Shown: positions 63,096-64,000 of the stretch, in pieces
Layout: each line of letters begins with the position of its first letter
Numbering within the stretch: the first letter of the stretch is position 1
Source: Mustelus asterias
Taxonomy: Eukaryota
Reading direction: 5' to 3'
DNA: 64,000 nt
Assembly (NCBI RefSeq): GCF_964213995.1
Contig: NC_135824.1
Coordinates: 52,514,001-52,578,000 of the forward strand
Notes under the pieces: model-generated
What the model saw: only the letters and a program-made list of their open reading frames with translations
Told to the model about the DNA's origin: nothing
Databases searched by the model: none
Translations under genes and position numbers: made by a program

Positions 63096-63134
63096 CACAG
63101 TGACTCAGAGAGATGGAGCAGCTCAACAAAAACC
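63096..63134 (+). promoter_or_regulatory. 23-RSS of V8
   Basis: Perfect consensus. Confidence 0.97.
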
Positions 63135-63494
63135 CCAAAGGCAGCAGCAAACACCTGCTTCGACCAAACCGTGGTATAACAGTTCATTTTGGTAGATAGG
63201 ATGTGCGATTGGAACAAGAAACGAGACAAAATGAAATATGAATTATTCAGGATAGCGAATGTGAATATCAAGTTAAGTCAGAATGATAGCAGAAGCTCGA
63301 GTTTAAAGGTATTAGGATTCTTCAAATAGACTTATTTCTGTTGATATGTGAAGGTTAAGAGCGGAACGGAGTGAGATGTTTCAAATTGTGAAATGGATTG
63401 GACAGAGTAGAGGAATGTTCACTTCTGCGGGAACATCATAACCAGAGAGCACGAGGGGAAGAAAGTCACTCATCTAAGTGCGAAGTCAGAAGCT

Positions 63495-63787
63495 ACTGCT
63501 TCACCGCGCCAGGGACCCGGGCTCAATTCCCGGCTTGGGTCCCTGTCTGTGCAGAGTTTGCACATTCTCTCCGTGTCTGCGTGGGCTTCCTCCGGTGCTC
63601 CGGTTTCCTCCCATACTCCAAAGCTGTGCGGGTTCGGTAGATTTGCCGTGCTAAATTGCCCCTTAGTGTCAGGAGTCTAGCTAGGGTAAATGCATGGGGT
63701 CATGGGGATATGTCCTGGATGGGATTTTGCTCTGTGCAGACTGGATGGGCCAAAGGGCCTCCTTCAGCACTGTATGATTCTATGATT
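63495..63787 (+). mobile_element. Degraded HE1-like SINE
   Basis: SINE core and TTCTATGA tail. Confidence 0.75.
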
Positions 63788-64000
63788 CTCATTACCCACC
63801 GAGTGGTGCGAATGCGGAACTCGCTGCAGGGCGACTGGATTGAGTAGAAATTATTTAAAGCGAACCTGGATAAACATAAGGAGACGGGGCAACAGGATAC
63901 GTTGTTGGGGTCGAGCTGGGTTTCAGCGACAGGTTAGGCACATCAATGCAGTTTGAGTATCGTGCTATACCCAGCTGGTCCAAACAGAGTCTGACTTCTT

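Larger units (their letters stand above)
34925..63165 (+). repeat. Tandem segmental duplication: 8 units, each carrying one TCR V segment
   Basis: Promoters, introns, V exons and intergenic relics recur at about 3.6-4.3 kb spacing (2.2 kb for the deleted unit). Homology stops about 30 bp after the V8 nonamer. Confidence 0.95.

Noticed and set aside
36492-63134. IgH, IgNAR, IgL or NAR-TCR identity for the V segments
   Set aside because: No octamer promoter was seen, there is no D/J/C within each unit as in shark Ig clusters, and the WYRQ and CAWS motifs plus overall similarity point to TCR beta.

Overview
This is repeat-rich eukaryotic DNA from a cartilaginous fish, most likely a shark, judged by HE1-like tRNA SINEs, CR1 LINEs and typical shark minisatellites. 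There is a 200-N assembly gap at 493-692. The left half holds one intact 4-exon secreted phospholipase A2 gene on the + strand (CDS 4545-4587, 9187-9355, 15137-15243, 18962-19122; 159 aa). The ORF track misses this gene. It has group-I cysteines, no pancreatic loop and unusual insertions, and its introns are filled with SINEs, LINEs, Penelope-type fragments with hammerhead motifs, a solo LTR and minisatellites. The right half (about 34.9-63.2 kb) is a tandem array of eight T-cell-receptor beta-type V segments in units of about 3.6-4.3 kb. Each has a leader exon, intron and V exon; the seven complete V exons end in CAWS, and the five intact copies have a consensus 23-RSS. They strongly resemble the mammalian TRBV30/mouse TRBV31 lineage. 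Five copies look intact (V1, V5-V8) and three adjacent copies are knocked out by retrotransposons. Two of those insertions fall inside the 39-bp RSS: a CR1 in the V2 spacer, and a Tx1/L1-like fragment whose 15-bp target-site duplication (TSD) copies the V4 heptamer. A SINE-associated deletion removes the V3 3' half and RSS. No D, J or C segments were seen. Repeat coordinates are approximate; exon and RSS coordinates were counted by hand.
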